Assembly: GCA_022821065.1 (NCBI GenBank)
Contig: JAJEEK010000073.1
Span: 8,575-72,574, forward strand
DNA: 64,000 nt
Direction: 5' to 3'
Origin: Candidatus Poribacteria bacterium
GTDB lineage: Bacteria > Poribacteria > WGA-4E > WGA-3G
Part shown: piece after piece, positions 1-9,844 of the stretch
How positions within the stretch are numbered: position 1 is the stretch's first letter
Layout: every line of letters starts with the position of its first letter
The notes under the pieces: generated by a model
Seen by the model: only the letters and a program-made list of their open reading frames with translations
The model's database searches: none
Told to the model about the DNA's origin: nothing
Made by a program: the position numbers and the translations under genes

Positions 1-693
1 GTGTCTGGAGGTGATGGCGGTCTGTAAAACTTCGTCTTCAGGGGTTAGCACCTCAAGACATACCATATCGGTTCGAGCGACCATGATCTCTCGGGTGACT
101 TTGTCCGGTAAATCTAAGATTCGGGAGATCATTTCCCGTTCTTCTGGCTCTAAGATTTCTTGGCTATCACCGACACTGTCGAGTGTTTCTAAAACGTCAG
201 GGGATACGAGGGTATCTTGTGCTGAGGTTGCTGTGCCGCCGAAGATTCGGACGATGAGATTTGCGAGGAAATTCAGCGGTATCAAAACGAGAAAACCGCA
301 CCAATAGATAGCCCGGAGTGCGCTGAGTGCACGGATAGTTGCTGCACCGGTGCTGCCTCGTACGTAATTTTTGGGAAACAGTTCGGTAAAGATAACAAAA
401 CAGGCGACTGCGAGGGCTGCATTTGCAACTGGGTATTTCCAGATTGTCATAAACAGCATAACACCAACCACTATTAGGATGGTTTTTGCCGTGATAATCG
501 TCAACGAATAGCGTCGTGGATGTCGCAGCAGCGAAGTCAGCACTTCATACCGCTTGCCGCCTTCCTCAGCAAATTGGAGGATGTCGTCTCGCGTTAACCG
601 AGCGAGCAATGCTTCGGCAGTTGAGAACAAAGCGTTGACAATTAAGAGTATACCTAAGCTAACGAGTCTGATGGCTATGTTTAGGTCGTCCAA
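1..693 (-). CDS. CNNM/DUF21-CBS hemolysin/CorC-family membrane protein (partial, runs off window start)
   Basis: Manual minus-strand translation from TTG at 693: LDDLNIAIRLVSLGILLIVNALFSTAEALLARL... and REIMVARTDMV (CBS start). Frame open to position 1. Typical position after phoH-ybeY. Confidence 0.85.
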   Translation of the reverse strand, partial: MDDLNIAIRLVSLGILLIVNALFSTAEALLARLTRDDILQFAEEGGKRYEVLTSLLRHPRRYSLTIITAKTILIVVGVMLFMTIWKYPVANAALAVACFVIFTELFPKNYVRGSTGAATIRALSALRAIYWCGFLVLIPLNFLANLIVRIFGGTATSAQDTLVSPDVLETLDSVGDSQEILEPEEREMISRILDLPDKVTREIMVARTDMVCLEVLTPEDEVLQTAITSRH

Positions 694-747
694 ATGTAAA
701 ATTACACCCCCTATAGACTGGTGCTCGAACGTTTGCGAACAATCGTG

Positions 748-1236
748 CTACACGCCATGCAACAAACCGAAGATGGTTTCCTGTTTTTCAAACATAGTTG
801 TCGCCTGTTCCGGTGTCTGATGGTCATATCCGAGTAGATGTAAGACCCCGTGTACCGCGAGTAAAGCGACTTCGGTTTCAAGGCTATTGTAGGTTGTCAG
901 CTGCATTTCGGCTTTAAGGCTGCTATGGGTTGCACTGAATTGATCGCGGGTCTCCACCTGTCGCGATGCGGTTTCGAGGGAAATGACGAGATCACCCAGT
1001 AGATTCGGGTTTACATCAGCGTCTTCACCGTCCTGCATCGCAAACGCTAGCACATCTGTCGGGGCATCAATACCTCGGTAGTCGCGGTTGAGATGTGTGA
1101 TGTCAGCGTCGTCTGTTAGGAGAACACTCACTTCACAGGTTTCCGCGTCATGTGCTTTCAGCGTTGTGAGCACTGCATTGTGGATTATTTCTACATTAAA
1201 GGTGGTATTGCGACTCGTATTCGTAACGTGAATCAA
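748..1236 (-). CDS. ybeY: rRNA maturation RNase YbeY
   Basis: LNRDYRGIDAPTDVLAF, LGDLVIS and HGVLHLLGYDH motifs; follows phoH. Confidence 0.95.
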   Translation of the reverse strand: MIHVTNTSRNTTFNVEIIHNAVLTTLKAHDAETCEVSVLLTDDADITHLNRDYRGIDAPTDVLAFAMQDGEDADVNPNLLGDLVISLETASRQVETRDQFSATHSSLKAEMQLTTYNSLETEVALLAVHGVLHLLGYDHQTPEQATTMFEKQETIFGLLHGV

Positions 1237-1241
1237 AACGG

Positions 1242-2258
1242 TTATTCTTCGGTGGCGGTCACATTTGAAGGGTTAGTACCGTTGCGTTTCTTATTCTGTG
1301 GTGATGCCTGCTCGTAAGCCTCAACGATCCGTTGAACGAGTTCGTGCCGGACGACATCAACCCTTGAAAAATAGATGAACTCAATTCCCTTGATACCCGA
1401 CAATACTTCTTGTGCGTCAGCGAGACCTGAGACTTTGTGTGTCGGTAGATCGGTCTGCGTAATATCGCCTGTAACGACGGCTTTTGAGTCGAAACCGAGG
1501 CGGGTTAGGAACATCTTCATCTGTTCGATGGTAGCGTTTTGTGCTTCATCAAGAACGACGAACGAGTTATTGAGCGTTCTCCCACGCATGAAAGCGATCG
1601 GTGCCACCTCAATAACATTTCGCTCTATATATTTGTCGAGTGCATCCGGGGGCATCATATCGTAAAGTGCGTCATATAAGGGGCGTAGATATGGATGCAC
1701 CTTGTCTGCTATGTCGCCGGGTAGAAATCCGAGTTTTTCACCGGCTTCAACGGCGGGGCGCGTCAAGATGATACGACTCACCTGTCCACTTTTGAGAGCG
1801 GAGACAGCCATCGCCATCGCGAGATAAGTTTTCCCTGTTCCCGCTGGTCCGATACCGAAAACGAGGTCGTTGTGTTTGATCGCTTCAACGTACCTTTGCT
1901 GACCGGCAGTTTTAGGACGTATGACACCGCGTTTTGAGAATACCGGAATAGACTCGGCTCCAGTTTCACCCAAAGTGTCTCGTTCACCAGCACCCGATGC
2001 ACGAATTGCATAGTTGACATCGGTTGTCTGAATGCGTTCGCCTTTCCGGATGCGGTGAAGTAGAGATTCGAGAACCGTTGTCACCCGGTTAACTTCTGTG
2101 ACGTTCTCGCCGATGATAGCGATGTTGTCACTTTTCAAAACAACGCGGACATCGAAACCGTCTTCAATGATTTTTAAGAAGGCATCGCTTTGCCCGAAGA
2201 GGGCTTGCACTTCAGCGTTGCTCTGTATGGGAACACCTTTTGATTCTGGTCTTTGCAA
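1242..2258 (-). CDS. phoH: PhoH family ATPase
   Basis: GPAGTGKT Walker A, LTRPAVEAGEKLGFLPG, MRGRT, LDEAQN, GDITQTDL. Confidence 0.95.
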   Translation of the reverse strand: MQRPESKGVPIQSNAEVQALFGQSDAFLKIIEDGFDVRVVLKSDNIAIIGENVTEVNRVTTVLESLLHRIRKGERIQTTDVNYAIRASGAGERDTLGETGAESIPVFSKRGVIRPKTAGQQRYVEAIKHNDLVFGIGPAGTGKTYLAMAMAVSALKSGQVSRIILTRPAVEAGEKLGFLPGDIADKVHPYLRPLYDALYDMMPPDALDKYIERNVIEVAPIAFMRGRTLNNSFVVLDEAQNATIEQMKMFLTRLGFDSKAVVTGDITQTDLPTHKVSGLADAQEVLSGIKGIEFIYFSRVDVVRHELVQRIVEAYEQASPQNKKRNGTNPSNVTATEE

Positions 2259-2460
2259 TCGGATTCTAATCCTCCCGCTTTGTTATATGGGAGACTCGTA
2301 AGTTTCCCGTCTGTGTTTTGGTTAATCTAACAAAATTAAGAAAAAAAGTCAAATTTCACGGATTACGCGAATTCGGACTGTAAAAAGTAGGAGCCTCTGT
2401 ATGTAAATCTGCCAAGCTTATTTCAATTTTACACTGTTTTAAAATAAAAGTCAAGTATTT

Positions 2461-3063
2461 TTATTTTCGTCCATAAAATTTGACTTCACGGATTGAAGCA
2501 CCTTTGAGCGGAATCCACATTTTACGATCTTCGTCGTTGTGCCGGACGTTTTCCGGGTCTTCCAATGCATTTGCTGTCAATTGCAAGTAGTGAATCTCCC
2601 GCCCAATCTTGAATTTCACTGGCAGTGTGCCTTCCACGTCTATGCCTCGCTTATCCTCTACTGCCTCCAACGGGATTTTCCAGCTCGGCAGTGCTATCGC
2701 AGTGTCCAAAGTGAGGTTACGGATGGTGGATGCTGGATAGACTTCAACGTACGCAATATAGGTCGGTGCGTCCAGTTTGATCAACGTTTCCGTTTTGAGA
2801 CTACCTTCTACCCGACGCTGGTACTGCAGCGGTTGGGATACCCCTTTTACGATACTTCTAACAAATTCTTTTTTGATGGTTCCTTGTGCCCTAAAGGTGC
2901 CAACTGTTTCCAAGTTGCCGTCTACCATTTCAGGATTTTGGTCGCAGGTGAGACGTGATGCCGAAATTTCGATAGTTGGTACCTCTTGCAGCATCGCACA
3001 CCCGATAACACCAAACATCAGAGCCAGTAGAAGTCCACCGAATACTTGCATTTCATTTTTCAC
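2461..3063 (-). CDS. Putative lipoprotein, discoidin/F5-8-like; paralog of upstream gene
   Basis: GTG start after AGGAGG; signal ending VIGC; shares RLTC..NPE.VDGNLET, IKLDAPTY..YVEVYPAS and IREVKF with 3095-3709. Confidence 0.7.
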   Translation of the reverse strand: MKNEMQVFGGLLLALMFGVIGCAMLQEVPTIEISASRLTCDQNPEMVDGNLETVGTFRAQGTIKKEFVRSIVKGVSQPLQYQRRVEGSLKTETLIKLDAPTYIAYVEVYPASTIRNLTLDTAIALPSWKIPLEAVEDKRGIDVEGTLPVKFKIGREIHYLQLTANALEDPENVRHNDEDRKMWIPLKGASIREVKFYGRK

Positions 3064-3094
3064 AATGATTTTCCTCCTTGTCCTGTTTGCAAAG

Positions 3095-3709
3095 TCAAAG
3101 CGATTGTTGTACACCGAAAAACTTGACTTCACGAATCTCGGCACCTATGAGTGGAATTTCGACGCTTGAATTTGGGGTACGGGTAGAATTTTGTCTGTCT
3201 TCGATACCGTCTGCACTCATCCGTAGATAGAGGATTTCTCGCTGAATACTGAAGCGGACGGGTGTCAACCCTTCGATGTCTTGATGTTGCTTGTCGGAGA
3301 CCCGTTCAAAGGCAATATCAAAACGTGGGGGATCGTCAGTTGTCGTCATCAGTGCGAAATTCGGGATACGCCGTGAAGCAGGGTAGACCTCGACATAAGA
3401 GACATAGGTGGGTGCATCAAGTTTGATGATCGCTTCTGTGCGGCGGTTGCCATCAACCAGCGTTACATAACGCCGTTGCGCCTGGGTAATCCGTCGCGAC
3501 TTATCATCAAAGACTTGATACGCTTTCCGGACGACGCCATTCACAGCGAATGTACCAGCCGTCTCCAAGTTTCCATCTACGAATTCTGGGTTAGAGGGAC
3601 AGGTAAGACGTGATGATGGAATCTCTTCAACGGACTGGTTGAGTTGGGTCAGTATAGCACACCCCGTAACGCCGATGAGCAAAACGGTTAAACTGATTAG
3701 GATTCTCAT
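3095..3709 (-). CDS. Putative lipoprotein, discoidin/F5-8-like
   Basis: Lipobox VTGC; GGAGG RBS; tandem paralog of 2461-3063. Confidence 0.7.
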   Translation of the reverse strand: MRILISLTVLLIGVTGCAILTQLNQSVEEIPSSRLTCPSNPEFVDGNLETAGTFAVNGVVRKAYQVFDDKSRRITQAQRRYVTLVDGNRRTEAIIKLDAPTYVSYVEVYPASRRIPNFALMTTTDDPPRFDIAFERVSDKQHQDIEGLTPVRFSIQREILYLRMSADGIEDRQNSTRTPNSSVEIPLIGAEIREVKFFGVQQSL

Positions 3710-3786
3710 TTTACCTCCTATTGTATGCCTAAACGTTTTAGGTTGATTACGAAAACCACCTAAATGTAAATATTACATTAGGGTTG

Positions 3787-3810
3787 CGGCACACAGGGTG
3801 TGCCGACTAC
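3787..3810 (-). repeat. GTAG-type REP-like palindrome supplying the stop codon of the Ldh_2 gene
   Basis: Minus strand GTAGT-CGGCACAC-CCT-GTGTGCCG; the TAG is the stop at 3807-3809. Confidence 0.6.
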
Positions 3811-4853
3811 TTTAAAGGGACTTCAACGTCGAAACGTTCTGCGGCTTCAACAAGTCGATTCCACGTCGGTTCTTCGATCGGTATGCCTTCGCGGAGACGT
3901 TTCTCGCGGCTCCGTTCCTCAAATTCTCCGGGCACATAGATTTCGTCAACACCGGGTAATCGAGTAGATGATTTCACCCACTCCACGAGATAGGCGATCT
4001 CCTGTTCATAATCCGATAGGTCGATGAAATCCTCAATTTTGATTGCGAACATGACGATCCCGCTGGCACCGCGTGTCGGTTTTTCGCGGCTACATCCTGC
4101 CCAGGAGAGTCCACCAGCAATGGCATCCACCATCACACCGAGTCCGAACCCTTTGTGTCCAAACTGGAAACCGCCGAGCGGCATAACAGCAGTGTCTTGT
4201 GGACGTTCTCGGAATGTGTTCGGGTCCGTGATTGGTTTGCCTTCGGCATCTATCATCCACCCTTCCGGTATGGATTCACCGCGAGCGGTCTGAACGAGGA
4301 GTTTCCCGCCTGCGACGACGCTGAGCGTCATATCAAGCAGGAGCGGTTCGCCACCCTGACGCGGCACGGAGATGGCGACCGGGTTCGGTGGAAGTCTACG
4401 TGAAGTGCCGCCGTGCGGATGCATGAACCGTCCGCCGCCGTTGAGCAGGACGATCCCGATCATCCCAGCACGTGCTGCGATCGGTGGATATTCGCCCATC
4501 CGTCCGGCGTGTCCACACCTGTGTAAACCGACTGCACCGATAGTACAGGTTCGCGCCTTTTCAACAGCCATCTCCATCGCTTTGCGTGCGGCGACCATCC
4601 CGAGTGCACCGTTGGCGTTGATGACGGTGGCGGCACCGCTCTCTCTGACGACCTCCATTTTATCGGTGGCGGGTCCGCCTGCCATTCCGCCGATGTAGTT
4701 CGGCGCGTTGATGACACCGTGTGAATCGTGACCTGCAAGGTTAGAATCGACGACGTGGTCGCTAACGATACGCGCGTCTTCTTCTTCACCGCCAGCACCA
4801 CGATAGATGTTATATACAAATTCTCTTAAAACATCATGAGATATTGTTGGCAT
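3807..4853 (-). CDS. Ldh_2 family (malate/L-lactate/ureidoglycolate dehydrogenase-like) oxidoreductase
   Basis: GHDSHG, GHAGRMGEY, NPVAIS, GHKGFGL and PGEFE motifs. Confidence 0.9.
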   Translation of the reverse strand: MPTISHDVLREFVYNIYRGAGGEEEDARIVSDHVVDSNLAGHDSHGVINAPNYIGGMAGGPATDKMEVVRESGAATVINANGALGMVAARKAMEMAVEKARTCTIGAVGLHRCGHAGRMGEYPPIAARAGMIGIVLLNGGGRFMHPHGGTSRRLPPNPVAISVPRQGGEPLLLDMTLSVVAGGKLLVQTARGESIPEGWMIDAEGKPITDPNTFRERPQDTAVMPLGGFQFGHKGFGLGVMVDAIAGGLSWAGCSREKPTRGASGIVMFAIKIEDFIDLSDYEQEIAYLVEWVKSSTRLPGVDEIYVPGEFEERSREKRLREGIPIEEPTWNRLVEAAERFDVEVPLK

Positions 4854-4923
4854 AAATGTTTCCTTACTGAATTGAGGATTTTAAAATGAATAGAGATGTT
4901 TACAACGGAATTCGTCCCGCTGT

Positions 4924-5508
4924 CTACAGTTGATTTTCATGAAATTCGATACGTCTATAAATATCATCAAGGGATAAGTTACAATCAATTGAAGTAAGCG
5001 ATAGCACATCTTCAAGGGATCGGCATTCGGTTGGTTGCCATTCCGGGCCTTGCCGACGGTAACGTTCAACCCTTACTTCGTCTTGTGAAACAAGGATGTA
5101 TTCTCGCAAAGACGTAAGTTGCTGATAGTGCTTGAACTTTTCTCCACGATCATACGCTTGGGTTGATGGAGAAAGCACTTCTACTAAAACAATCGGGTTA
5201 AGGAGTGTATCAAAAGTGTTATCCTCAAAGCGCGGTTCACCACAAACGACGAGGACATCTGGATAAAAGTAGGAGACTTCTGGACTCGTCCGAACTCGTA
5301 TATCGTTGGTGTGGACTTCACATGTTCCACCTTTCAATTGGATATAAAGCTCTCCAGAAATATTCGTTACAATGAGGCTATGTGCATGACTAGCACCGGA
5401 CATGGCGATTATTTCCCCGCGCAAGTATTCATGTTTGATATCCGACTTACGTTCCCATGCAAGGTACGCCTCAGGCGTTAGATAGGTTTTTGCTGCAGCA
5501 GATGACAT
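4924..5508 (-). CDS. Uma2 family endonuclease (DUF820)
   Basis: KHEYLRGEIIAMSGAS, YPDVLVVC, VEVLSPST.AYDRGEKF; ATG after GGAGG. Confidence 0.9.
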   Translation of the reverse strand: MSSAAAKTYLTPEAYLAWERKSDIKHEYLRGEIIAMSGASHAHSLIVTNISGELYIQLKGGTCEVHTNDIRVRTSPEVSYFYPDVLVVCGEPRFEDNTFDTLLNPIVLVEVLSPSTQAYDRGEKFKHYQQLTSLREYILVSQDEVRVERYRRQGPEWQPTECRSLEDVLSLTSIDCNLSLDDIYRRIEFHENQL

Positions 5509-5563
5509 TATATGCCTCCATAAAAGTAATCTCATCCGTTTCTTGAAAATGGTTTAAAAGCTG

Positions 5564-6376
5564 CTATACCTGACGAAATCCGCTGTTCGTACGATGCCAG
5601 TTCCGTCCGTGGTCTGGATCGCGGAACTGGATATTTCTACCGAGCAGCTGCTTCAGCACATCATTTTCGCCTGCTAATTCGTCGTCAGTCAACTGTCGCG
5701 GCATATCTTCTTGCGGATAGATGACCGATCTGTTGTACATACCGAGCAATCCGACGCGCGGTGTGTCCGTTCGATTCGCCCGTGACTGATGCCAGATCGC
5801 ACCGTTTGTGAACATGATAGAACCTTTCGGTGCGACAGCAACGCTCATCTCAAGCTCCTCTGCCTCCCCTAATTCGGGACGACGGAGCGTTTTGTGTGAG
5901 CCTGGAATGCACGCTGTCGCGCCATTTTCTTCCGTGAAATCGTCTAACATCCAGACCGTCTGCCCGGTTAGCGAACCGGACGGAAAGGGTGCTTGCATCG
6001 CCCAATACGGATAGTCGATATGCCAGCCTCCATCGGGTGCTCCCGGTCCGACGATATTCGCTGTAAACGTCGAGGCGATGACATCTTCGCCGAGCATCCG
6101 TTTCCATACGGCGACGACGATCGGATGCTGAATGAAACGCCGGAAGATTGGCGATTTCCCGACGATTGCCCAGACGCGTCGGATTTTACCGTCACCGTAA
6201 CTGTGGTCAAAGCCGTTTGCGATGTCTTCTTCGACTAACTTCCAGATTACCTCGCGCGCTTCGTCCGCTTCATCATCAGTAATCACGTTTTCGATGATGT
6301 GGAAACCGATTTCGCGGAGGTCGCCTTCAACACGGTCAAGCCTTTCTGAATCCAATGCTGATCTGATGTGTAGCAT
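5564..6376 (-). CDS. Phytanoyl-CoA dioxygenase (PhyH) family protein
   Basis: WHID (HxD), LDDFTEENGAT..IPGSH, distal WH and R. Confidence 0.9.
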   Translation of the reverse strand: MLHIRSALDSERLDRVEGDLREIGFHIIENVITDDEADEAREVIWKLVEEDIANGFDHSYGDGKIRRVWAIVGKSPIFRRFIQHPIVVAVWKRMLGEDVIASTFTANIVGPGAPDGGWHIDYPYWAMQAPFPSGSLTGQTVWMLDDFTEENGATACIPGSHKTLRRPELGEAEELEMSVAVAPKGSIMFTNGAIWHQSRANRTDTPRVGLLGMYNRSVIYPQEDMPRQLTDDELAGENDVLKQLLGRNIQFRDPDHGRNWHRTNSGFRQV

Positions 6377-6390
6377 ATTTCACCTCTGTG

Positions 6391-7383
6391 CTACCGGAGA
6401 CGCGGTAAATTGCGGACTGCTGCAATAACCTGATCTTCCAAATCGTCGGCATCACTATCTGGGATCAGATTGTGCTTGTCCATCCACGCGATGTTTTCTG
6501 CGACACTCTCTACAACCGGCACTTGTGGACTGAAGTCCGGTAGCACCGCTGCGAGTTTCTCGGGACTGAAGATTTGCGTATGCCCGAAGTTGCCGCGTAA
6601 CCCACTAAATCGTTCAGGTGCCATGGCGATGAGTGTCTCTTGCGAGACATGCACGATTTCTATATCAACGCCGAGTGCATCTGCTGCCGCGCGGTGCCAT
6701 TCGTCCCACGTTCGCGCCTGCGGGTGGACGATGTTGTATATTTCGCCGAAGCAGTCGGATTTACCGAGTATATCTGTAAACGCAAAACTTGCGTCGCGAG
6801 ATGACAGGAATTGAAAATAATTTAATCCGTCGCCTGCGGAGAGGATCGGTTTGCCTTTCCGGAGCCGATCAATCCAGCTCCCATCACCACCGACTTGCCG
6901 ATGCAGATTTATGCCAGGACCGTGTGTATACGACGGTTTGAAGATAGTTACAGGGAACCCATCGCGTGCGTATGCTTCTAAGAGGAGGTCATCGGCTGCG
7001 ATTTTGCCGAGTCCGTAGCCGGACGTGCCTTGCAACGGTGCCGTCTCAGGAAGATTGATTCCGGCGAACGGCGGTCCATAGGTCATCACGGTTGAGCAGT
7101 GGACGAAGTGACCGACGCGTCCTTGGCATGCCCGTAAGGCGGAGGCGGCATCGTCGGCATTGAAGCTAATCATATCAATCACCGCATCCCACGCTTCCGC
7201 ACCGACTTTCGCCTCAAAATCCTCGCGATTTTTCCGGTCCCCGTTGATGACACGGACATCTGGCGGTGGTGGATCCCTGTGTTGTCCGCGGTTGAACAGG
7301 ACGATTTCGTGGTTTCGGTTTTTTAAGGCAGCAACAATTCCACGGCTGATGTTGCCCGTCCCACCGATAACTAAGACTTTCAT
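6391..7383 (-). CDS. NAD-dependent epimerase/dehydratase family
   Basis: VLVIGGTGNIS Rossmann motif; YGLGK. Confidence 0.85.
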   Translation of the reverse strand: MKVLVIGGTGNISRGIVAALKNRNHEIVLFNRGQHRDPPPPDVRVINGDRKNREDFEAKVGAEAWDAVIDMISFNADDAASALRACQGRVGHFVHCSTVMTYGPPFAGINLPETAPLQGTSGYGLGKIAADDLLLEAYARDGFPVTIFKPSYTHGPGINLHRQVGGDGSWIDRLRKGKPILSAGDGLNYFQFLSSRDASFAFTDILGKSDCFGEIYNIVHPQARTWDEWHRAAADALGVDIEIVHVSQETLIAMAPERFSGLRGNFGHTQIFSPEKLAAVLPDFSPQVPVVESVAENIAWMDKHNLIPDSDADDLEDQVIAAVRNLPRLR

Positions 7384-7424
7384 GGGTTATTTCCTTTCTC
7401 TATCAATTCGATTTCTATTTTCCT

Positions 7425-7724
7425 CTAATTGTTGCTTGTAGACTTATATTTTCGTCGCGTAAGGGAGATACCACCGAAACCGCTGATGATCGCGATGTAA
7501 AAGCCAAAATCGTACCACCATCCGGTGTTTTGGAATTCATAGACCCGGATATCCGGATTAAAAATGCCCCAAATCAGTGAAATTGGCGCGATCCAGCCGT
7601 GCCAGATGCCCCAGAAAAACCCTGCAGGTTTCTCGGCAGTATGTTTGCCATCACCGGGGACGCATCCCGCGGAAGTGATAAGTGTTATCAAAAGTAGTAA
7701 GCAAATCAGTTTTTGGGTATTCAT
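7425..7724 (-). CDS. Small conserved membrane lipoprotein
   Basis: SAGC lipobox; AGFFWGIWHGWIAP...NTGWWYDFGF; 4-nt overlap with upstream stop. Confidence 0.75.
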   Translation of the reverse strand: MNTQKLICLLLLITLITSAGCVPGDGKHTAEKPAGFFWGIWHGWIAPISLIWGIFNPDIRVYEFQNTGWWYDFGFYIAIISGFGGISLTRRKYKSTSNN

Positions 7725-8716
7725 TCTTTTACTCCGTTTTCATTATCAACGATTGCACGCGTCAATGCCCAATCCAAGCGTCGTCGGTAGTGTCCATCGC
7801 GGCGTATGCCTTTGAATGCTGTCAAGAAAACATCGTGCGTTTTCTCGCGGATTGTTGCTAAGCGATCATTGAGCATATCTATATCTACGTCCCACGGCAC
7901 GCCGATCTTCGTGATGGAACGGCAGTGGACACGGATTGGATAGTCTCCCAATTCTGCTGGTGGACAAAAACGGATAGAGGCGGAAACAGTGTTATCTATG
8001 GCGATGAGTCCGAGATTCCCATCAGGATCGTTGAACACAATACTGCGGTTGCCAGAAGGTTGCGGTAGGTGTCTGCGAAGTTCGTTGAGACCACCGAGGA
8101 ACCGATTGTTACGCCAGATCCTAACGTCTGGTGTTACGTGTGGTGCAAACAGCGCGAGACCTACCGGATGCTCCGTATCCTCAAACATAACTGAAACCCC
8201 CCTGCCCCCCTTATCAGGGGGGTAATTTGTTTTATCTTCTGTTTGCGGAACTAAAGAAATGAAGTCCTGCAATCGTTGTAGGAACAGACCGCTCCGAATG
8301 AACGCCTCTGGGATAATCGCTGCCACCCATCCGCAATGTGTCAAGCACTGTTCAAGCGCGTATTTGTAGAGATCGTCGTAGCGTGTTGCTTCTGGGAAAG
8401 GTAAACCTCGGCGTGTGGCGGAGTTGCGTGCTAACCACGGTGGATTGGTGATGCAGACATCAAAGCCTGTAGGAAAGTCGGCGAGTGTATCGCGTTGCAC
8501 AATCCCTTTCGCACCCGGCTTGATGTCAAAGAATGCCCAATCTCTGCATTGCAGGTTTGCTGCGTCAATCAGTTGTGGAATGTCTTTAGCACCTGCGAAC
8601 GGTTCTAAAGCCACTTGTTGTTCTAAGTGAGACGCTTCCGCCCATGACAGGAAAGGTTCGAGTTGAAACGGATTCCCGCGTGTGTAGTAGCGTCCACTCG
8701 CTCGTTTTTCGTCCAT
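7721..8716 (-). CDS. Putative orphan amino (N6-adenine) DNA methyltransferase, gamma-type motif order
   Basis: GRYYT (motif X), LEPFAG (motif I), ITNPPW (motif IV). Confidence 0.7.
   Translation of the reverse strand: MDEKRASGRYYTRGNPFQLEPFLSWAEASHLEQQVALEPFAGAKDIPQLIDAANLQCRDWAFFDIKPGAKGIVQRDTLADFPTGFDVCITNPPWLARNSATRRGLPFPEATRYDDLYKYALEQCLTHCGWVAAIIPEAFIRSGLFLQRLQDFISLVPQTEDKTNYPPDKGGRGVSVMFEDTEHPVGLALFAPHVTPDVRIWRNNRFLGGLNELRRHLPQPSGNRSIVFNDPDGNLGLIAIDNTVSASIRFCPPAELGDYPIRVHCRSITKIGVPWDVDIDMLNDRLATIREKTHDVFLTAFKGIRRDGHYRRRLDWALTRAIVDNENGVKE
8196..8225. repeat. Short G/C palindromic element read in-frame within the methyltransferase
   Basis: ACCCCCCTGCCCCCCTTATCAGGGGGGTAA; encodes YPPDKGGRGV on the minus strand. 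Confidence 0.55.
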
Positions 8717-8826
8717 GTTTTTAGTTCTTCGCGTTTTTCTGGTGGGTGAGTCTCTTGGGTATGCCTATTTTTGCCTGTCCAGAGGTTATACACAATTTTT
8801 TCGCTAACAAATGATTTGAAATAATT

Positions 8827-8946
8827 AGGACTTACGCACGCTGCTCTTTTGTAGCACGAACTTCATAGTTTGTGACACAAGAACGCCGTGTTTTCGGAGA
8901 AATCTCATCTAACAGGACGGTTTACAATCAAAATTGCGTAAGTCCT
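8827..8946. mobile_element. 120-bp MITE-like element, family A, copy 1
   Basis: TIR AGGACTTACGCA...TGCGTAAGTCCT; homologous copies at 14174, 27531, 37491 and 53611. Confidence 0.85.
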
Positions 8947-9043
8947 GATAATATAAGCGCATTTAACCGAAATGTCAAGCGAAATTTTCGTCTGAATCGG
9001 AACGAATCAGTTTACGGTTTTCTGCTGCTGGCAAGATTTCAAC

Positions 9044-9072
9044 TTGACCTATCCATCGAGTTTTGCTATAAT
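9044..9072 (+). promoter_or_regulatory. sigma70 promoter
   Basis: TTGACC-17-TATAAT with extended TG, upstream of 9160. Confidence 0.7.
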
Positions 9073-9159
9073 ATCGGCGGTTTAAGAGTCGGTAAAAGGT
9101 CGTGATATAAATGAGAGTCAGGTCATGTACAGCAACGAATCAATAGACTGGAGGAACCG

Positions 9160-9828
9160 ATGCGTTATTCAAATATAGTATCCGTCATACTCATGGTCGC
9201 AATGTTAACTTCTGTTGCTTCGGCAGGCGTATGGCAGGAAAATTTCGACAATGGACTCCCCGATGGTTGGAACGCTGTAAAAGGTGAGTGGGAAATTGAA
9301 AAAGATGCTTATGCCGAAACCTCTGGCGCGCAGTACGCCAAAACGATGTTTGGCGACGAAAATTGGGGCGATTATACCCTTGAAGTGGATGTGACCTTGG
9401 TGGAAAATGTGAACGTGAATGCGGCGGGTGTGTTAATCCGTGCCGATGCGGACGGCGACAACGGTATGCGGTTCTGGATCCGCACAGACCAGCATAAATG
9501 TCAATTCTCCCGATGGAAAGAGAACCAATTTGAGCATATCGTAACGCCTTTACCCGTTGATCCGGAAGTCGGCGAAACCTATCGGCTTAAGGTTATCGCA
9601 GAAGGACAGAATTACCAATGTTTCGTTGATGATGAACTCCTGTTTGAGGGAGACGATGATGCGAAATTCCGGGACAGTGGACGCATCGGCTTTATTTCTT
9701 ATGAGGCACACGTCCATTTCGATAACCTAAGCATTGACGGAGAGGACATCCCTTCTTTCGCTGTCGAACCGCACGGCAAACTTGCGACACATTGGGGACA
9801 ACTAAAAATGGACTTTGAGATTCAGTAA
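9160..9828 (+). CDS. Secreted DUF1080/LamG-like domain protein with Poribacteria-type C-terminal tag
   Basis: Signal peptide; WGDYTLEVDV, GRIGF..HFDNL; C-terminal AVEPHGKLATHWGQLK. Confidence 0.75.
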   Translation: MRYSNIVSVILMVAMLTSVASAGVWQENFDNGLPDGWNAVKGEWEIEKDAYAETSGAQYAKTMFGDENWGDYTLEVDVTLVENVNVNAAGVLIRADADGDNGMRFWIRTDQHKCQFSRWKENQFEHIVTPLPVDPEVGETYRLKVIAEGQNYQCFVDDELLFEGDDDAKFRDSGRIGFISYEAHVHFDNLSIDGEDIPSFAVEPHGKLATHWGQLKMDFEIQ

Positions 9829-9844
9829 CGGAGAGGAGGCAACG

